From Vulcanimicrobiota bacterium (lineage in GTDB: Bacteria > Vulcanimicrobiota > Vulcanimicrobiia > Vulcanimicrobiales > Vulcanimicrobiaceae): a DNA stretch of 50,458 nt. Shown here piece after piece: positions 26,229 through 35,934 of this stretch. The position numbers and the translations under genes were made by a program. The stretch's first letter is position 1; every line of letters starts with the position of its first letter. The stretch is from assembly GCA_003135555.1 (NCBI GenBank), contig PLCF01000009.1, positions 1-50,458 of the forward strand, read 5' to 3'. Below the pieces are notes generated by a model, which had not been told where the DNA came from, searched no databases, and saw only the letters and a list, made by a program, of their open reading frames with translations.

Positions 26229-27866
26229 ATGGAGACCACGGTCGATCTGCGCGAGGCGCTGCGCGAGAAGTTCGGTTACGATCGGTTCAATCCGGGCCAG
26301 GTCGAGGTGATCTCGCGCGTGCTCGAAGGCGAGGACACGCTCGCGATCCTGGCGACCGGCGCCGGAAAGTCGCTCTGCTATCAGCTGCCGGCGCTGATGA
26401 TGGAAGGCACCACGATCGTGGTGTCGCCGCTCATCGCGCTCATGAAGGACCAGCTTGACATGCTCTCCGAGCGCGGCGTCACCGCCACCGCCGCGCTCAA
26501 CTCGACGCTCTCGGAGGACCAGGAGTTCGCGGCGATGGCGCGCATCGCGTCGGGCCAGCTCAAGATCGTCTTCGTGACGCCCGAGAAGCTCGAGGACGAC
26601 GGCTTCGTCGATACCTTGCAGCGCCTGACCATCCCGCTGTTCGTCGTCGACGAAGCGCACTGCATCTCGCAATGGGGCCACGACTTCCGGCCCGCGTACT
26701 TGAACCTCGGCAAGGTCATCCGCCAACTGCGCAACCCGACCGTACTAGCGCTGACCGCCACGGCCACACCGGCGGTGCGCGAAGACATCCTCATCCAGCT
26801 CGGTATCCCCGACGTCAAGCCCATCGTCAAAGGCTTCGACCGGCCGAATCTGCAGTACATCGTCAAGCGCGCCGACAGCGAGGCCGGCAAGCTGCGAGAG
26901 CTCAAGGAGCTCTTCGAGCGGGGCGAGCTCGAGCAGACCGGGATCGTGTACACGGCGACGATCAAGAACGCGCTCGAGGTGCAGAAGTACCTGCAGGACG
27001 AGCTCGGGCTCCCCGCCGCGGTGTACCATTCGAAGCTCCAAAAACACGACCGTACGGCCGTGCACGAGCTGTTCATGCAGGAAGCGATCCGCGCCGTCGT
27101 CGCGACCAACGCGTTCGGGCTGGGCATCGACAAGCCGAACATCCGCTTCGTCGTCCACTACGATCTGCCGGGCTCGGTCGAGGCGTACACGCAGGAAGCC
27201 GGGCGTGCCGGCCGTGACGGCGATCCGTCGAAGTGCGTGCTGATCTATCGCATGAGCGACACGCGCGTTCAAAACTATTTCCTGACCGGCAAGTATCCCG
27301 ATGTCGAGGAAGTCCAGAAAGTGTTCGGGACGCTGGAGATCTTCGGCGCGCAGGAAGGCGGCGTGAGCCTTACCGACCTGCGTAAGATCACGCAGCTACC
27401 GCTCACCAAGCTCAAAGTAATTCTGGCGCTCCTCAAGAAGGGCGGCTTCATCGAGAACTCGATGCGCGGCAAGTACGTGCTCACCGAGGCCGCGCGCGAA
27501 CAGCGCGAGCTGCTGCTCAACCTCGCGAACTACGAGACCAAGAAGAAGTACGACCAGTCGAAGCTGGCGATGATGCTGCAATACGCCGAGACGACCGGCT
27601 GCCGCCGCCGCTTCATCCTGAACTACTTCGGCGAGGACTTCGACGCCGAGACCTGCGGCGCGTGCGATAACTGCCTCCAAGGGCGCCGCGTGCTGACCTC
27701 CTCGGGTTACCGGATCGCCGACGTGGTCTACCACGCGAAGTTCGGGCAAGGCACGGTCGAACGCGCTGAGAAGGACCTCGTCACGGTGCTCTTCCCCAAC
27801 GTCGGATACAAGACTTTGCTCGCGTCGGCAGTATCGCGGGAACCTGCCGCCCAAAAGATCGCCTAA
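26229..27866 (+). CDS. recQ: RecQ family ATP-dependent DNA helicase (no HRDC seen; C-terminal Tudor-like domain)
   Basis: [56 protein letters not shown], Zn site CRR..CGACDNC. Confidence 0.95.
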   Translation: METTVDLREALREKFGYDRFNPGQVEVISRVLEGEDTLAILATGAGKSLCYQLPALMMEGTTIVVSPLIALMKDQLDMLSERGVTATAALNSTLSEDQEFAAMARIASGQLKIVFVTPEKLEDDGFVDTLQRLTIPLFVVDEAHCISQWGHDFRPAYLNLGKVIRQLRNPTVLALTATATPAVREDILIQLGIPDVKPIVKGFDRPNLQYIVKRADSEAGKLRELKELFERGELEQTGIVYTATIKNALEVQKYLQDELGLPAAVYHSKLQKHDRTAVHELFMQEAIRAVVATNAFGLGIDKPNIRFVVHYDLPGSVEAYTQEAGRAGRDGDPSKCVLIYRMSDTRVQNYFLTGKYPDVEEVQKVFGTLEIFGAQEGGVSLTDLRKITQLPLTKLKVILALLKKGGFIENSMRGKYVLTEAAREQRELLLNLANYETKKKYDQSKLAMMLQYAETTGCRRRFILNYFGEDFDAETCGACDNCLQGRRVLTSSGYRIADVVYHAKFGQGTVERAEKDLVTVLFPNVGYKTLLASAVSREPAAQKIA

Positions 27867-27892
27867 CGTCCATCGCCCGGATAAGGAGTCGC

Positions 27893-29578
27893 TTGCGACG
27901 CGTCCTCGCGCCGTTCTCTAGCCTCGCGCTCGTCGTCGCCGTCGCGCTCGCCGCCTCGGCGCAGGTGAACCCTCCCGTCCCGCCCCCGCCCGGTCCGGTC
28001 AACCCTCCGGGGAACATCGTGACGCCCGCGCCGGCGGCGCCGACTCCGAGCCCCACGCCTGACTCTTCCGGCACGACGCCGTCGCCCGAGGCGTCGCCGC
28101 TCCCACTCGCCACACCGACGCAGCCGCCGATCATCGTCGAGCCGCCGCAGGTCAGCGTGGAGCCCGGCAAGACCACGGTCGCGCGGGTCAACGGCTCGCT
28201 GGGCGGCTTGACCGCGACGGTCGCCGACCCGACGGTCGCGACGGTGGTGGTCGATCCCGCCCAGCGCGTGGTCTACGTCACCGGGGTCAAGGTCGGCACG
28301 ACGACCGTGACGGTCGCCGACTCGCGTGGCGTCACCCGCGACGTACCGGTGCGCGTGGCGTACGCCGCGGGAAGCGTCGCCGACGAGGCCTCGCTGCGGG
28401 TCACCGGCAACCCCGCCTCGACCGACTACCTGCGCGACGCGATCGCCGCGACGGTAAGCCGGGCCGCGACGCTGCGGCCGGGCGCGTCGGTGACCGTCCC
28501 GCTCGAGACGATCCCGCTGCACGGCGACCTCAAGCTCGACAATCGGACCGAGCTCGACGTCCCGGTTCAGATCTCCGGCACCGGATACCTGACGGTCAGC
28601 CGCAGCACGCACGTCGTGGTCGAGAACACGGCGCTCCCCGCGATCCAGCCGGTCCGCCTGCTGGTGAGCGACTACCCGGAGCGGCTCACCGCGAACGGGG
28701 TGCTGTTCACCGCGCAGCTGGACCGTGCGCAAGCGCAGCGCTTTCTCTACTACCACTTCAATCCGGCGACCGAGCCGGCGCGGCGCATCCTGCTCAAGGC
28801 GCGCAACACGTCGAGCGAGCCCGCGACGGTGCAGATGATCGACGGCATTGCCGGACCCGGGCTCAACGAGATGGAGGTCGGACACACATCGACCAAACGC
28901 TTTCTCGTGCGCGAGGCCCGTAACGAGGGCCAAGTGCTCACCGTCCCGCCCGGCGCCACGATGAATCTGGTCGATCATCCGCTGCCGCCGCAGAACGTAG
29001 TCAGCGCGATCCTGCAGCTGCGCCTGGTCAGCGGCGATGCGCTCGATCTCGCGCTGGTGGCGCAGGATGCCAACGCGCCGCTCGACCAATCGGTCGACAC
29101 GACGGTGCTCCTGGCCGGCGGTGCGCCGCACGCTCGCGGCATCTACCTCGTCCCAACCTTCTTCTTCGAGCGAACGTACGACGTCGACGGGGCCGACCTC
29201 GACATCCCGATCGGACAGCTTCCGCTGCCGAACCTGCGCCAAGGCGAAGCGCTCAGCGGCGACTACGGCGTCGAGCAGTCGATGAACGTCGTGATCGTCA
29301 ACATGACGCGCGGCCCGCGTTCGATCGCGCTCTACGCCAACCCGCGCGGCGGCCGCGCCACCGGCACGTTCCTGATCGACGGGACGCTCGTGCAGGCGCA
29401 CGCGCTGGCGGCGTTCTCACGATTCAAGATCTGGCAGGAGACGATCGGGGCCGGAACGTTCCGCCGCATTCGTCTCGTCACCATGCCCGAAGGCGGCTCG
29501 TCGTATCCGTTGCGCTTGACGTTCGCGCAAGACGACGGCTCCGTCGCCCCCGGCGCCCCGGGCTCGCCGATCTACTGA
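27893..29578 (+). CDS. Exported protein with Pro-rich linker and Ig-like domain resembling pilus-secretin N-terminal domains; remainder unknown
   Basis: Signal peptide; P/T-rich segment; VADPTVATV..VYVTGVKVGTTTVTV; beta-rich C-terminal part. Confidence 0.65.
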   Translation: MRRVLAPFSSLALVVAVALAASAQVNPPVPPPPGPVNPPGNIVTPAPAAPTPSPTPDSSGTTPSPEASPLPLATPTQPPIIVEPPQVSVEPGKTTVARVNGSLGGLTATVADPTVATVVVDPAQRVVYVTGVKVGTTTVTVADSRGVTRDVPVRVAYAAGSVADEASLRVTGNPASTDYLRDAIAATVSRAATLRPGASVTVPLETIPLHGDLKLDNRTELDVPVQISGTGYLTVSRSTHVVVENTALPAIQPVRLLVSDYPERLTANGVLFTAQLDRAQAQRFLYYHFNPATEPARRILLKARNTSSEPATVQMIDGIAGPGLNEMEVGHTSTKRFLVREARNEGQVLTVPPGATMNLVDHPLPPQNVVSAILQLRLVSGDALDLALVAQDANAPLDQSVDTTVLLAGGAPHARGIYLVPTFFFERTYDVDGADLDIPIGQLPLPNLRQGEALSGDYGVEQSMNVVIVNMTRGPRSIALYANPRGGRATGTFLIDGTLVQAHALAAFSRFKIWQETIGAGTFRRIRLVTMPEGGSSYPLRLTFAQDDGSVAPGAPGSPIY

Positions 29579-29634
29579 TCGTCTCCGGTCGCGGTCACTT
29601 TGGATCGTGGTTGGGCGAGTTGGGGACACTGCCC

Positions 29635-30705
29635 TCATTCGGCCGCGACCCGCCCGTAGATCGCTTGCATCTGCGAAGCGGTCGTGGACCAGTCGAAGCG
29701 TGCCGTCGCGCGCGGGCGTATGGCTGCGGCGCGTGATTCGGCGGCGGCGCGGTCGGCGAGGAGGGCGCGGATCGATTCGGTCCAGGCTGCGACGTCGTCG
29801 GGATCGATTAGCGGAACGTCTGCGCCTGCGACCTCGACGAGCGACGAAGAGCGCGCCGCGAGCGCGGGGAGTCCGGCGCACATCGCCTCGGCCAGGGCGT
29901 AGCCGAAGCCCTCATAGCACGACGGGATCAGGGCGCAGGCGGCGCGGGCATAGAGATCGTCGAGTTCCGCGCGTGTGACATAGCCGCGCACGTCGAGGCG
30001 GTCGCCGACTCGCAGCTCGGCGGCGCGCGCGCGCACGACGATGGCGTAGGGCGTCGCCGGGCCCACCGCAACGACGCGCAACGACGGCAGCGCCGGCAGC
30101 GCCTCGACGATCCTCAGCAGGTTCTTGCGCGCTTCGACGGTGCCGACGACCAGCGCGAACGGTTCATCGTCGGGGCGGCGCACGATCGTTGCGAAGCGGG
30201 CGTCGACGCCGGGATGAACGACGTCGACCTGCGCGCCGGGATCGACGAGCTCGCGGTACTCGCCCGCGCTGAAGGCCGAGTCGCATACGACCGCGGCCGC
30301 GCGCCGGTACTGGCGCGCTTGCAGCGCGCCGAAGTAGGCGCGCGCGTAGCCGCGCGTGTGGCTCTGCACGCGATGCCAGGCGAGGTCGTGGACGGTGACG
30401 ACGGTAGGCAGCGTGCGCACCAGCGGCATCGTTCCCCCCGAGGCGTGCAGCACCGACGCACCGCTGCGCGCGGCGGCGGCGGGCAGCAGCACTTGATCCC
30501 ACAGCACCCGACGGTCGAAACGCCACGGATCGAGCCACGCCGCGCAGAGTGCGCGCACATCCGTGCCGGCGGCGCGCAGCGCTGCGGCGAGGTCGCGCTG
30601 ATAGACCCCGATCCCCGTCGCGGTCCCGACCGCCAGCTGCGTGTCGAGCGCGACGATCACCCGCAGGTGAGGCGCAGCCGTCACCCGCTGGTGAGGCGCA
30701 GCCAT
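29635..30705 (-). CDS. GT4 (group 1) glycosyltransferase
   Basis: TGIGVY, VTVHDL, VGTVEARKN, PSCYEGFGYALAEAMCAGLP (EX7E). Confidence 0.92.
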   Translation of the reverse strand: MAAPHQRVTAAPHLRVIVALDTQLAVGTATGIGVYQRDLAAALRAAGTDVRALCAAWLDPWRFDRRVLWDQVLLPAAAARSGASVLHASGGTMPLVRTLPTVVTVHDLAWHRVQSHTRGYARAYFGALQARQYRRAAAVVCDSAFSAGEYRELVDPGAQVDVVHPGVDARFATIVRRPDDEPFALVVGTVEARKNLLRIVEALPALPSLRVVAVGPATPYAIVVRARAAELRVGDRLDVRGYVTRAELDDLYARAACALIPSCYEGFGYALAEAMCAGLPALAARSSSLVEVAGADVPLIDPDDVAAWTESIRALLADRAAAESRAAAIRPRATARFDWSTTASQMQAIYGRVAAE

Positions 30706-30708
30706 CAC
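30657..30708. repeat. 24-bp tandem duplication at the GT4 start
   Basis: TCACCCGCAGGTGAGGCGCAGCCG followed by TCACCCGCTGGTGAGGCGCAGCCA; encodes MAAPHQRV-TAAPHLRV. Confidence 0.85.
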
Positions 30709-31562
30709 GTGGTGCAGCGTTTGAGGGCGGCTCCGACTTGCGGATCGCCCGCGGGATCGCGCGCCTTTGCCGGCGCGCGCGCGTACAAGCCGCGGGCGTG
30801 CGCGAGGTGCTCGCGGGCGCGTACGCAATCGCCCGCCGCGGCGGTGGTCCAGGCCAGCCCGGCATAGGCATCGGCGCTGTTGGGGACGACCTCGGCGGCG
30901 CGCGTGTACCAGCGCGCCGCCGCGGCGACGTCACCGTTTGCCAGCGATTGAAAGCCCGCCGCGAGCAGGTAGGTTTCTTCGTTCGGAGCGAGCGCCAGCG
31001 CGTGCTCGTAGGCGCGTTCGGCGTCGCGCCAGTAGGCGGTTCTGCGCGCGGGCTGGTGGGTGCCGGCGGCGGCTCGAAGCTGGCCCAGCCGCCACCACGC
31101 CTCGCCGGCGACCTCGGCGGCGTTCGGATCGTCGTGCAGCGCTGCGACGAGGCGGCCCTCGTCGCGCAGCGCCGCGGGCGGGTCGCTTGCGGCGAGCGCG
31201 TCGATCAGCGCTTGCGCTCGCACGACGTCACCGGCGGCGACGTACGCATCGATCGCGCCGGCCGAGTCGCCCCGAGCTTGCGCGATCCGGCCGCGCAGGT
31301 CGGCCGCCTCGGGGCCGGGCGCAAGGGTCGCGACCAGACGCTGCGCCGTTGCGAGGTCACCGTTGTGAATCGCCGCCGCGGCGCGGGCCGCCGGCCCCCC
31401 CAGGAGCGGCCGCAGCAGCGACGGCGCGCGGTCGTGCAGCAGGGCCGGTAAGGACGGGCGCGCGGCGAGGTCGCCGTAGGCCGCGGACGAGGCGAGCTGC
31501 ACCGCGCCCAGCCAGGCGGCCAACGCGATCAAGGCGAGCACCAGGGCCGTACGCAGCACCAT
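30705..31562 (-). CDS. Tetratricopeptide repeat protein with N-terminal signal/TM anchor
   Basis: MVLRTALVLALIALAAWLG; AWWRLGQL, YEHALALAP, YTRAAEVVPNSADAYAGLA. Confidence 0.75.
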   Translation of the reverse strand: MVLRTALVLALIALAAWLGAVQLASSAAYGDLAARPSLPALLHDRAPSLLRPLLGGPAARAAAAIHNGDLATAQRLVATLAPGPEAADLRGRIAQARGDSAGAIDAYVAAGDVVRAQALIDALAASDPPAALRDEGRLVAALHDDPNAAEVAGEAWWRLGQLRAAAGTHQPARRTAYWRDAERAYEHALALAPNEETYLLAAGFQSLANGDVAAAARWYTRAAEVVPNSADAYAGLAWTTAAAGDCVRAREHLAHARGLYARAPAKARDPAGDPQVGAALKRCTT

Positions 31563-31571
31563 CGGGTCCCT

Positions 31572-31610
31572 ACAACACGAATGCCCCGGAACCTGGATTC
31601 CGGAGCATTC
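31572..31610 (-). terminator. Possible intrinsic terminator or stabilising hairpin downstream of the SLH-OMP gene
   Basis: Minus strand GAATGCTCCGGAA-tccagg-TTCCGGGGCATTC (13 bp with one G-U) followed by a weak GTGTTGT tail. Confidence 0.45.
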
Positions 31611-31618
31611 TTGTTCGC

Positions 31619-31709
31619 GGAGCACTATCGTGATGCAGCCCGTAAGGCTCGGGCGGATCGGCCCGTCAGGGCCGAACGCGAGTGTTGGGGCCTTGGCCCC
31701 AACACACTA
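31619..31709 (+). repeat. Palindromic repeat family 2, copy B
   Basis: GGAGCACT..GCGGAT-[CGGCCC GTCA GGGCCG]-AACGCGAG-[GTGTTGGGGCC tt GGCCCCAACAC]-ACTA. Confidence 0.65.
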
Positions 31710-34391
31710 GAACCGGATCGAGAAGTTCAGGTCTTCGCGATTCTGGTTGAAGTTGTACGCCGGAATCACGTTGTCGCTATACTTCTGATTCCGGAAGAGC
31801 GCCGAGATCGAGCTCGTCGTCTTGGGGATGTTGTAGGTCAGCGTTCCCTGGTACTGATCCTTACGCTGGGCGATGTTCTGACCGGTCGTCGTCCCGTACG
31901 ATCCGTGGAACGCCTGACTGTTGTAGCCGGCACCCAAAACCAGGTCCTTCGTCAGCGGCAGCGTCGCGCCGATATCCAGCGTGGTGTGGTACTCGTCGAT
32001 GAAGTTCGGGAAGAACAGGATCGGCGTCGCACCACCGCCGAGGTATGCGTTGAGTGCCGCGCCCGAGGACGGGTCGGGACCGCCGGTGAGCGGGTTGAAC
32101 GGCACGTAGCTATACGCCGTCTGGTCGTTGCGGCTGAGGTGCTCGACCGCGCCGCTCAAGTTGAGCGCCAGGCTGTTGCCGAACACCGGCACGCCGAACT
32201 GCAGCCCGCCCTCGAGCTTGTCGAACTTGAGCAGTTGGTGTGAGGAGAAGCCCGGACCGTACGCCAGCTGCCCGAAACCGTTGGGCACCATCTCCGAGAG
32301 ATGCTGGCCCATGATGCGGCCCTGCAGCTTGATGTCGCCCAGGCGCAACGGTGTCGTAATGTTCGCGGTGACACCCCGTGAGTTCGGCGCGAACGCGCTG
32401 AAATACTGAGGGCCGCTGGCTACGAACGGGTTGAACACCGGGTAGATGTAGGTCAGGTTCGCGTTGTTGCGCGTGCAGGCCGTGCCGGCGCAACCCGGCG
32501 TGACGGCGCCGTCGAAGATCTGGTTGATCGCCAGATTGTTCGCGAAGCCGTAGAACTGCGGGAAGAAGTTTCCGCGCCAGAATTGGAACGTCGGCGGCGC
32601 CGGACCGAAGTAGCGCAGCGGGGCGCCGTCGAGGAAGTTCGCCCCGACCGCCTGGTACTGGACCGTCGCCGTCGCTTGGAAGATCTTCAGGCGCAGGCCG
32701 ATCACGGCGGCGCTGTCAGTAATCGCCGGCGTGTTGTAGAAGTCCGGCGTGTACTTGCTGAACGCCCCTTCGGCGAAGATCACCGGGTGTTGCGTTTTAT
32801 CGCTGCCGAGCGTGATGAACGCGAGCGGCAGCTGCGCGTCCAAACCGAAGACCGTGTCGCTGACCGCCCCGAATCCGTTCGCAGCCGGGTTGCCGTTGGG
32901 GGCCGACTGGTAGAAGTTGGTGCCCTGCGAGTTGGACAGGTCGACGAAGTCGAAGATGCGGCTCACCGAAACGCCGAGCTCGGCGCCGGGCAGGCCCTTG
33001 AACTTCTGATTGATCCGCGCGTTGAAATGATAGCGCTGGTATTGGTCGTTGTTGTTGTACGTCAGCCCGACGTAGGTGATCTGCACGGTCGAGCCGGCCG
33101 GCAGCGGCGAGGTGAACACGACCTGATTGGTCGCGTCGATGTAGTAGTAGCCGCCGCCCGGTGCCGCCGCGCTGATGCCCAGACAGTCGCCGCCGCCGGC
33201 GCGCTGACCGTTGATGGTGCACGGCGTGCCGTTGATCGACGACACGTACACGGTGCCGATCGTCGCCTTGCGGGAAAGGTAGACCGAGGTGATCGGGCCG
33301 GCGCTGGCGACGAACGTGTCGGTGCGCGACGCGCCGCCGCTCCCGTTGGGCGCGCCGGGCTGGAACAGGCTCGTCTGCGGGCGGGTCACGATGAAGAAGT
33401 AATTGTTGTTCGCGAACTCACCGTTGGGATCAGGCACGTTGGTGAGCGTGTTGATCATGGACTGGTCCATGCGCGTCCATGAGAACTGGAACTCGGTGAG
33501 CCCGCCCAGGATGCCGCCGATCTCGAAACCCTTCTCGTAGGGCTGCACCGGGTTCTCGTAACCGGGGCCCTGCTGGGTCGCGTCCGGGGCGCGGTACGTC
33601 AGGCCGACGCGCGACGACTTGAGGTTGTCGAGCTGACCGTCGCGGAAGTAGACGTTCGTCAGCGCGCCGACCTTCGCGATGTTCACCACGACGTCGGGCT
33701 GGATCGAATACTTCGCCTGCGGCGTGAACTCGCCGCCGTACTCGTAGTTGATGATGTGGACCGGGATCGAGACGGTGAGGTTCTCGTTGATCGTGTACGT
33801 GAAGTTCAACTTGTCGTCGAACCGGATCAGGTTGCCCGCGCCGGTTTGCTCGAGCGCGCTGTTGTTGGACGGCGACGTGAGGAAGACGTTGACGAACGGA
33901 TCGATGGCGCCGTGCGCGATCGTCTGCGGGACGCCGTAGCGCTGACGGAAGGAGTTGTTGTCGAGGATCGCGCCGTGCAGCTGGATCGACTGCGCAAACT
34001 TCGTGCGCTTGTCGAGCGCGTCGAGCGCGTCTTCGAGGTTCGTAACTCGAACGCCGAGCGAATCGAGCTCGTCCTTGAGCGCGTCGATGAGCTTCTGCAG
34101 CTTGTCGAGGTCCGCTTTGGAAGCGTAGCCCGCGCCGTTGGCCTGGAGCTTCGCGATGACGCGTGCGACGAGCACGGCCATTTCGTAGCGCGTCAACGGC
34201 CGATCACCCTTGAACTTACCGTCGGGATACCCCTCGACCAAGCCGTCGGCCGCGAGCGACTGGATCGCTTGATACGCCCAGTGGTTCGCAGGCACGTCCG
34301 AGAACGGCGTTGCGGAGGCGCCCTGACCCAACGCCAAGAGCGAGCCCAAACTGAAGCTCGCCGCCAGGACGAGGGTAGCGAGACGCTTCAT
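31707..34391 (-). CDS. SLH-domain + coiled-coil + beta-barrel outer-membrane protein (OmpM/SlpA-type tether)
   Basis: Start MKRLATLV after GGAGGA; SLH FSDVPANHWAYQAI..GYPDGKFKGDRPLTRYEMA; coiled coil; alternating beta strands; terminal NFSIRF. Confidence 0.88.
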   Translation of the reverse strand: MKRLATLVLAASFSLGSLLALGQGASATPFSDVPANHWAYQAIQSLAADGLVEGYPDGKFKGDRPLTRYEMAVLVARVIAKLQANGAGYASKADLDKLQKLIDALKDELDSLGVRVTNLEDALDALDKRTKFAQSIQLHGAILDNNSFRQRYGVPQTIAHGAIDPFVNVFLTSPSNNSALEQTGAGNLIRFDDKLNFTYTINENLTVSIPVHIINYEYGGEFTPQAKYSIQPDVVVNIAKVGALTNVYFRDGQLDNLKSSRVGLTYRAPDATQQGPGYENPVQPYEKGFEIGGILGGLTEFQFSWTRMDQSMINTLTNVPDPNGEFANNNYFFIVTRPQTSLFQPGAPNGSGGASRTDTFVASAGPITSVYLSRKATIGTVYVSSINGTPCTINGQRAGGGDCLGISAAAPGGGYYYIDATNQVVFTSPLPAGSTVQITYVGLTYNNNDQYQRYHFNARINQKFKGLPGAELGVSVSRIFDFVDLSNSQGTNFYQSAPNGNPAANGFGAVSDTVFGLDAQLPLAFITLGSDKTQHPVIFAEGAFSKYTPDFYNTPAITDSAAVIGLRLKIFQATATVQYQAVGANFLDGAPLRYFGPAPPTFQFWRGNFFPQFYGFANNLAINQIFDGAVTPGCAGTACTRNNANLTYIYPVFNPFVASGPQYFSAFAPNSRGVTANITTPLRLGDIKLQGRIMGQHLSEMVPNGFGQLAYGPGFSSHQLLKFDKLEGGLQFGVPVFGNSLALNLSGAVEHLSRNDQTAYSYVPFNPLTGGPDPSSGAALNAYLGGGATPILFFPNFIDEYHTTLDIGATLPLTKDLVLGAGYNSQAFHGSYGTTTGQNIAQRKDQYQGTLTYNIPKTTSSISALFRNQKYSDNVIPAYNFNQNREDLNFSIRF

Positions 34392-34431
34392 CGTGTCCTC
34401 CGAGATAGGTGGGACGTGCTGTCCGTGCTGG

Positions 34432-34539
34432 GCGCATCGCGCTCGCAGTCCGATTTCGGGTATCCCTGTTGCCCCGTGACCGGTTCGGCGAGAAGAACCC
34501 GTCTCGGACTTTACCGCGGCGGGCACAACGACGACGCGC
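34432..34539 (-). promoter_or_regulatory. Long hairpin in the 5' leader of the SLH-OMP gene
   Basis: Minus-strand nested pairings GCGCGTCG/CGATGCGC, AGTCCGA/TCGGACT, CGGGT/ACCCG, CCG-aac-CGG. Confidence 0.5.
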
Positions 34540-34600
34540 TCGATACGGAACGCATGCCGAGGTCGCTATACCGAAACGAGCGTCTGGACTCCTGCCCTCA

Positions 34601-34993
34601 TTAAGAAGCCTTGAGGAAGCGCTCGGCTATCAGGAGCGCGGCATAGTCGTCGACGGGGCGGTCCGGGAGCAGCATCCCGAGGGGGATCAGCCGGCGCCAG
34701 CCCCGCGGGGGGTGGTCTCGGAAGAAGCGCGCCCGGGCCCGCAGCGTCGTCTCGCGCTCGTCGACCAGCTCGACCCGCAGCCCCAGGGCCGTGGCGACCG
34801 CCGCGACCGCGGCGGCGTTGGTCCCGCGCCCGATCGCGGCCACGCTGACCGGGTTCGCGGCCAGGATCTCGCGCAGCCGCTCCGCCAGCGATTCGAACGG
34901 GGCGATCCCCAGCGTCACCGGCGGCGCGCCGAGCCCGGTGACGATCGCGTAGCCGCACTTGCGCATCCCGGGGTCCAGGCCGAGCACCATCAT
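34601..34993 (-). CDS. YqgF/RuvX-like RNase H-fold nuclease
   Basis: VLGLDPGMRKCGYA, LVDERETT, PVDDYAALLIAERFL. Confidence 0.8.
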   Translation of the reverse strand: MMVLGLDPGMRKCGYAIVTGLGAPPVTLGIAPFESLAERLREILAANPVSVAAIGRGTNAAAVAAVATALGLRVELVDERETTLRARARFFRDHPPRGWRRLIPLGMLLPDRPVDDYAALLIAERFLKAS

Positions 34994-35934
34994 CGCGGCA
35001 CGAGCGAGTAGTTGAGCAAGATCCCGCCGGAGTGCGGGTACAGGTCCAGGCCGGCCTTGGCGACGAGGCGGTAGCGCCCGCGCAGCCGGCCGAGCTGGCT
35101 GAGCACCTCGAGCGCGTTGTTGCTGGGCTGGGGGTTGAGCGAAAACGCCGCCGGCATCCCGCGCTTGCGTATCTCGACGATCGCCGCCGCGGTCAGTTCC
35201 TGGAGCGGGATGAGGCTCGTCCCTTGCCCGCCCTGGACGTCGACCGATGCCAGCACGTCGCCGGCGGCCGCAACGCGGACGTCGAGATACGGTTGCAGCT
35301 GAAACGAGATGAGGTCTCCCTTGAAAAGATTCTGCGCCACCAGCGGCAGGAACAGCACCGGCGAGTCGCCCGGGAACCGGTCGCGAATCCGCCGCAGCTC
35401 CTCGCGCAGCTTGGCTTGGATCTCTGGTTCGGCCGCCTTGTGGTGATAGGCCTTGAGGTCGTAGGGCGGCCGGGCAAACTGGGCGTTGGCCTGCTGGACG
35501 GTACTGTCGAAAAACCCCGAGAGCTGCGCCATCACGACCGCGTCGGGCTGGGAAGGCCGGGTGGTGAGCGCGATGTTCGCGATGGGGTAACCGATCGGCA
35601 AGCTGATGTCGCCGATGCGCGTCGTCTCGAGCTCCTTCTGGGTCGCGATCGCTTGCGCTTGGAGGTCGTTGATGCGCGCGTTGATCTGCCCGAGGCGAAA
35701 GAAGGCCGTGCGCACCTGCTGCGAGCCGACCAGGGCGACGAGGGTCACCGAGAGCGCGATGAGCATCCCGGTCGCGACGGCGACGATGGTCGACGTGTAC
35801 TTGGGGCGCAGCCCGAACAGCGTGAGGCGCTTGCGGCCGACCTGGTGGCCGACGCGGTCGCCGATGTAGGCGATCCCGCCGGCGACGACGGTGATCGCCA
35901 GCACCAGCGCGATCCCCGACAGGTCGGCGATCAT
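34990..35934 (-). CDS. DUF3084 domain membrane protein
   Basis: GGIAYIGDRVGHQVGRKRLTLFGLRPKYTS signature; ATGA overlap with lptF/G. Confidence 0.85.
   Translation of the reverse strand: MIADLSGIALVLAITVVAGGIAYIGDRVGHQVGRKRLTLFGLRPKYTSTIVAVATGMLIALSVTLVALVGSQQVRTAFFRLGQINARINDLQAQAIATQKELETTRIGDISLPIGYPIANIALTTRPSQPDAVVMAQLSGFFDSTVQQANAQFARPPYDLKAYHHKAAEPEIQAKLREELRRIRDRFPGDSPVLFLPLVAQNLFKGDLISFQLQPYLDVRVAAAGDVLASVDVQGGQGTSLIPLQELTAAAIVEIRKRGMPAAFSLNPQPSNNALEVLSQLGRLRGRYRLVAKAGLDLYPHSGGILLNYSLVPR

Noticed and set aside
34440..34520. c-di-AMP or c-di-GMP riboswitch upstream of the SLH-OMP gene
   Set aside because: Only a short CCGAACC resemblance; the GCTGAA/CAGCTAAC and GGCAAA/GCAAAG consensus blocks are absent.
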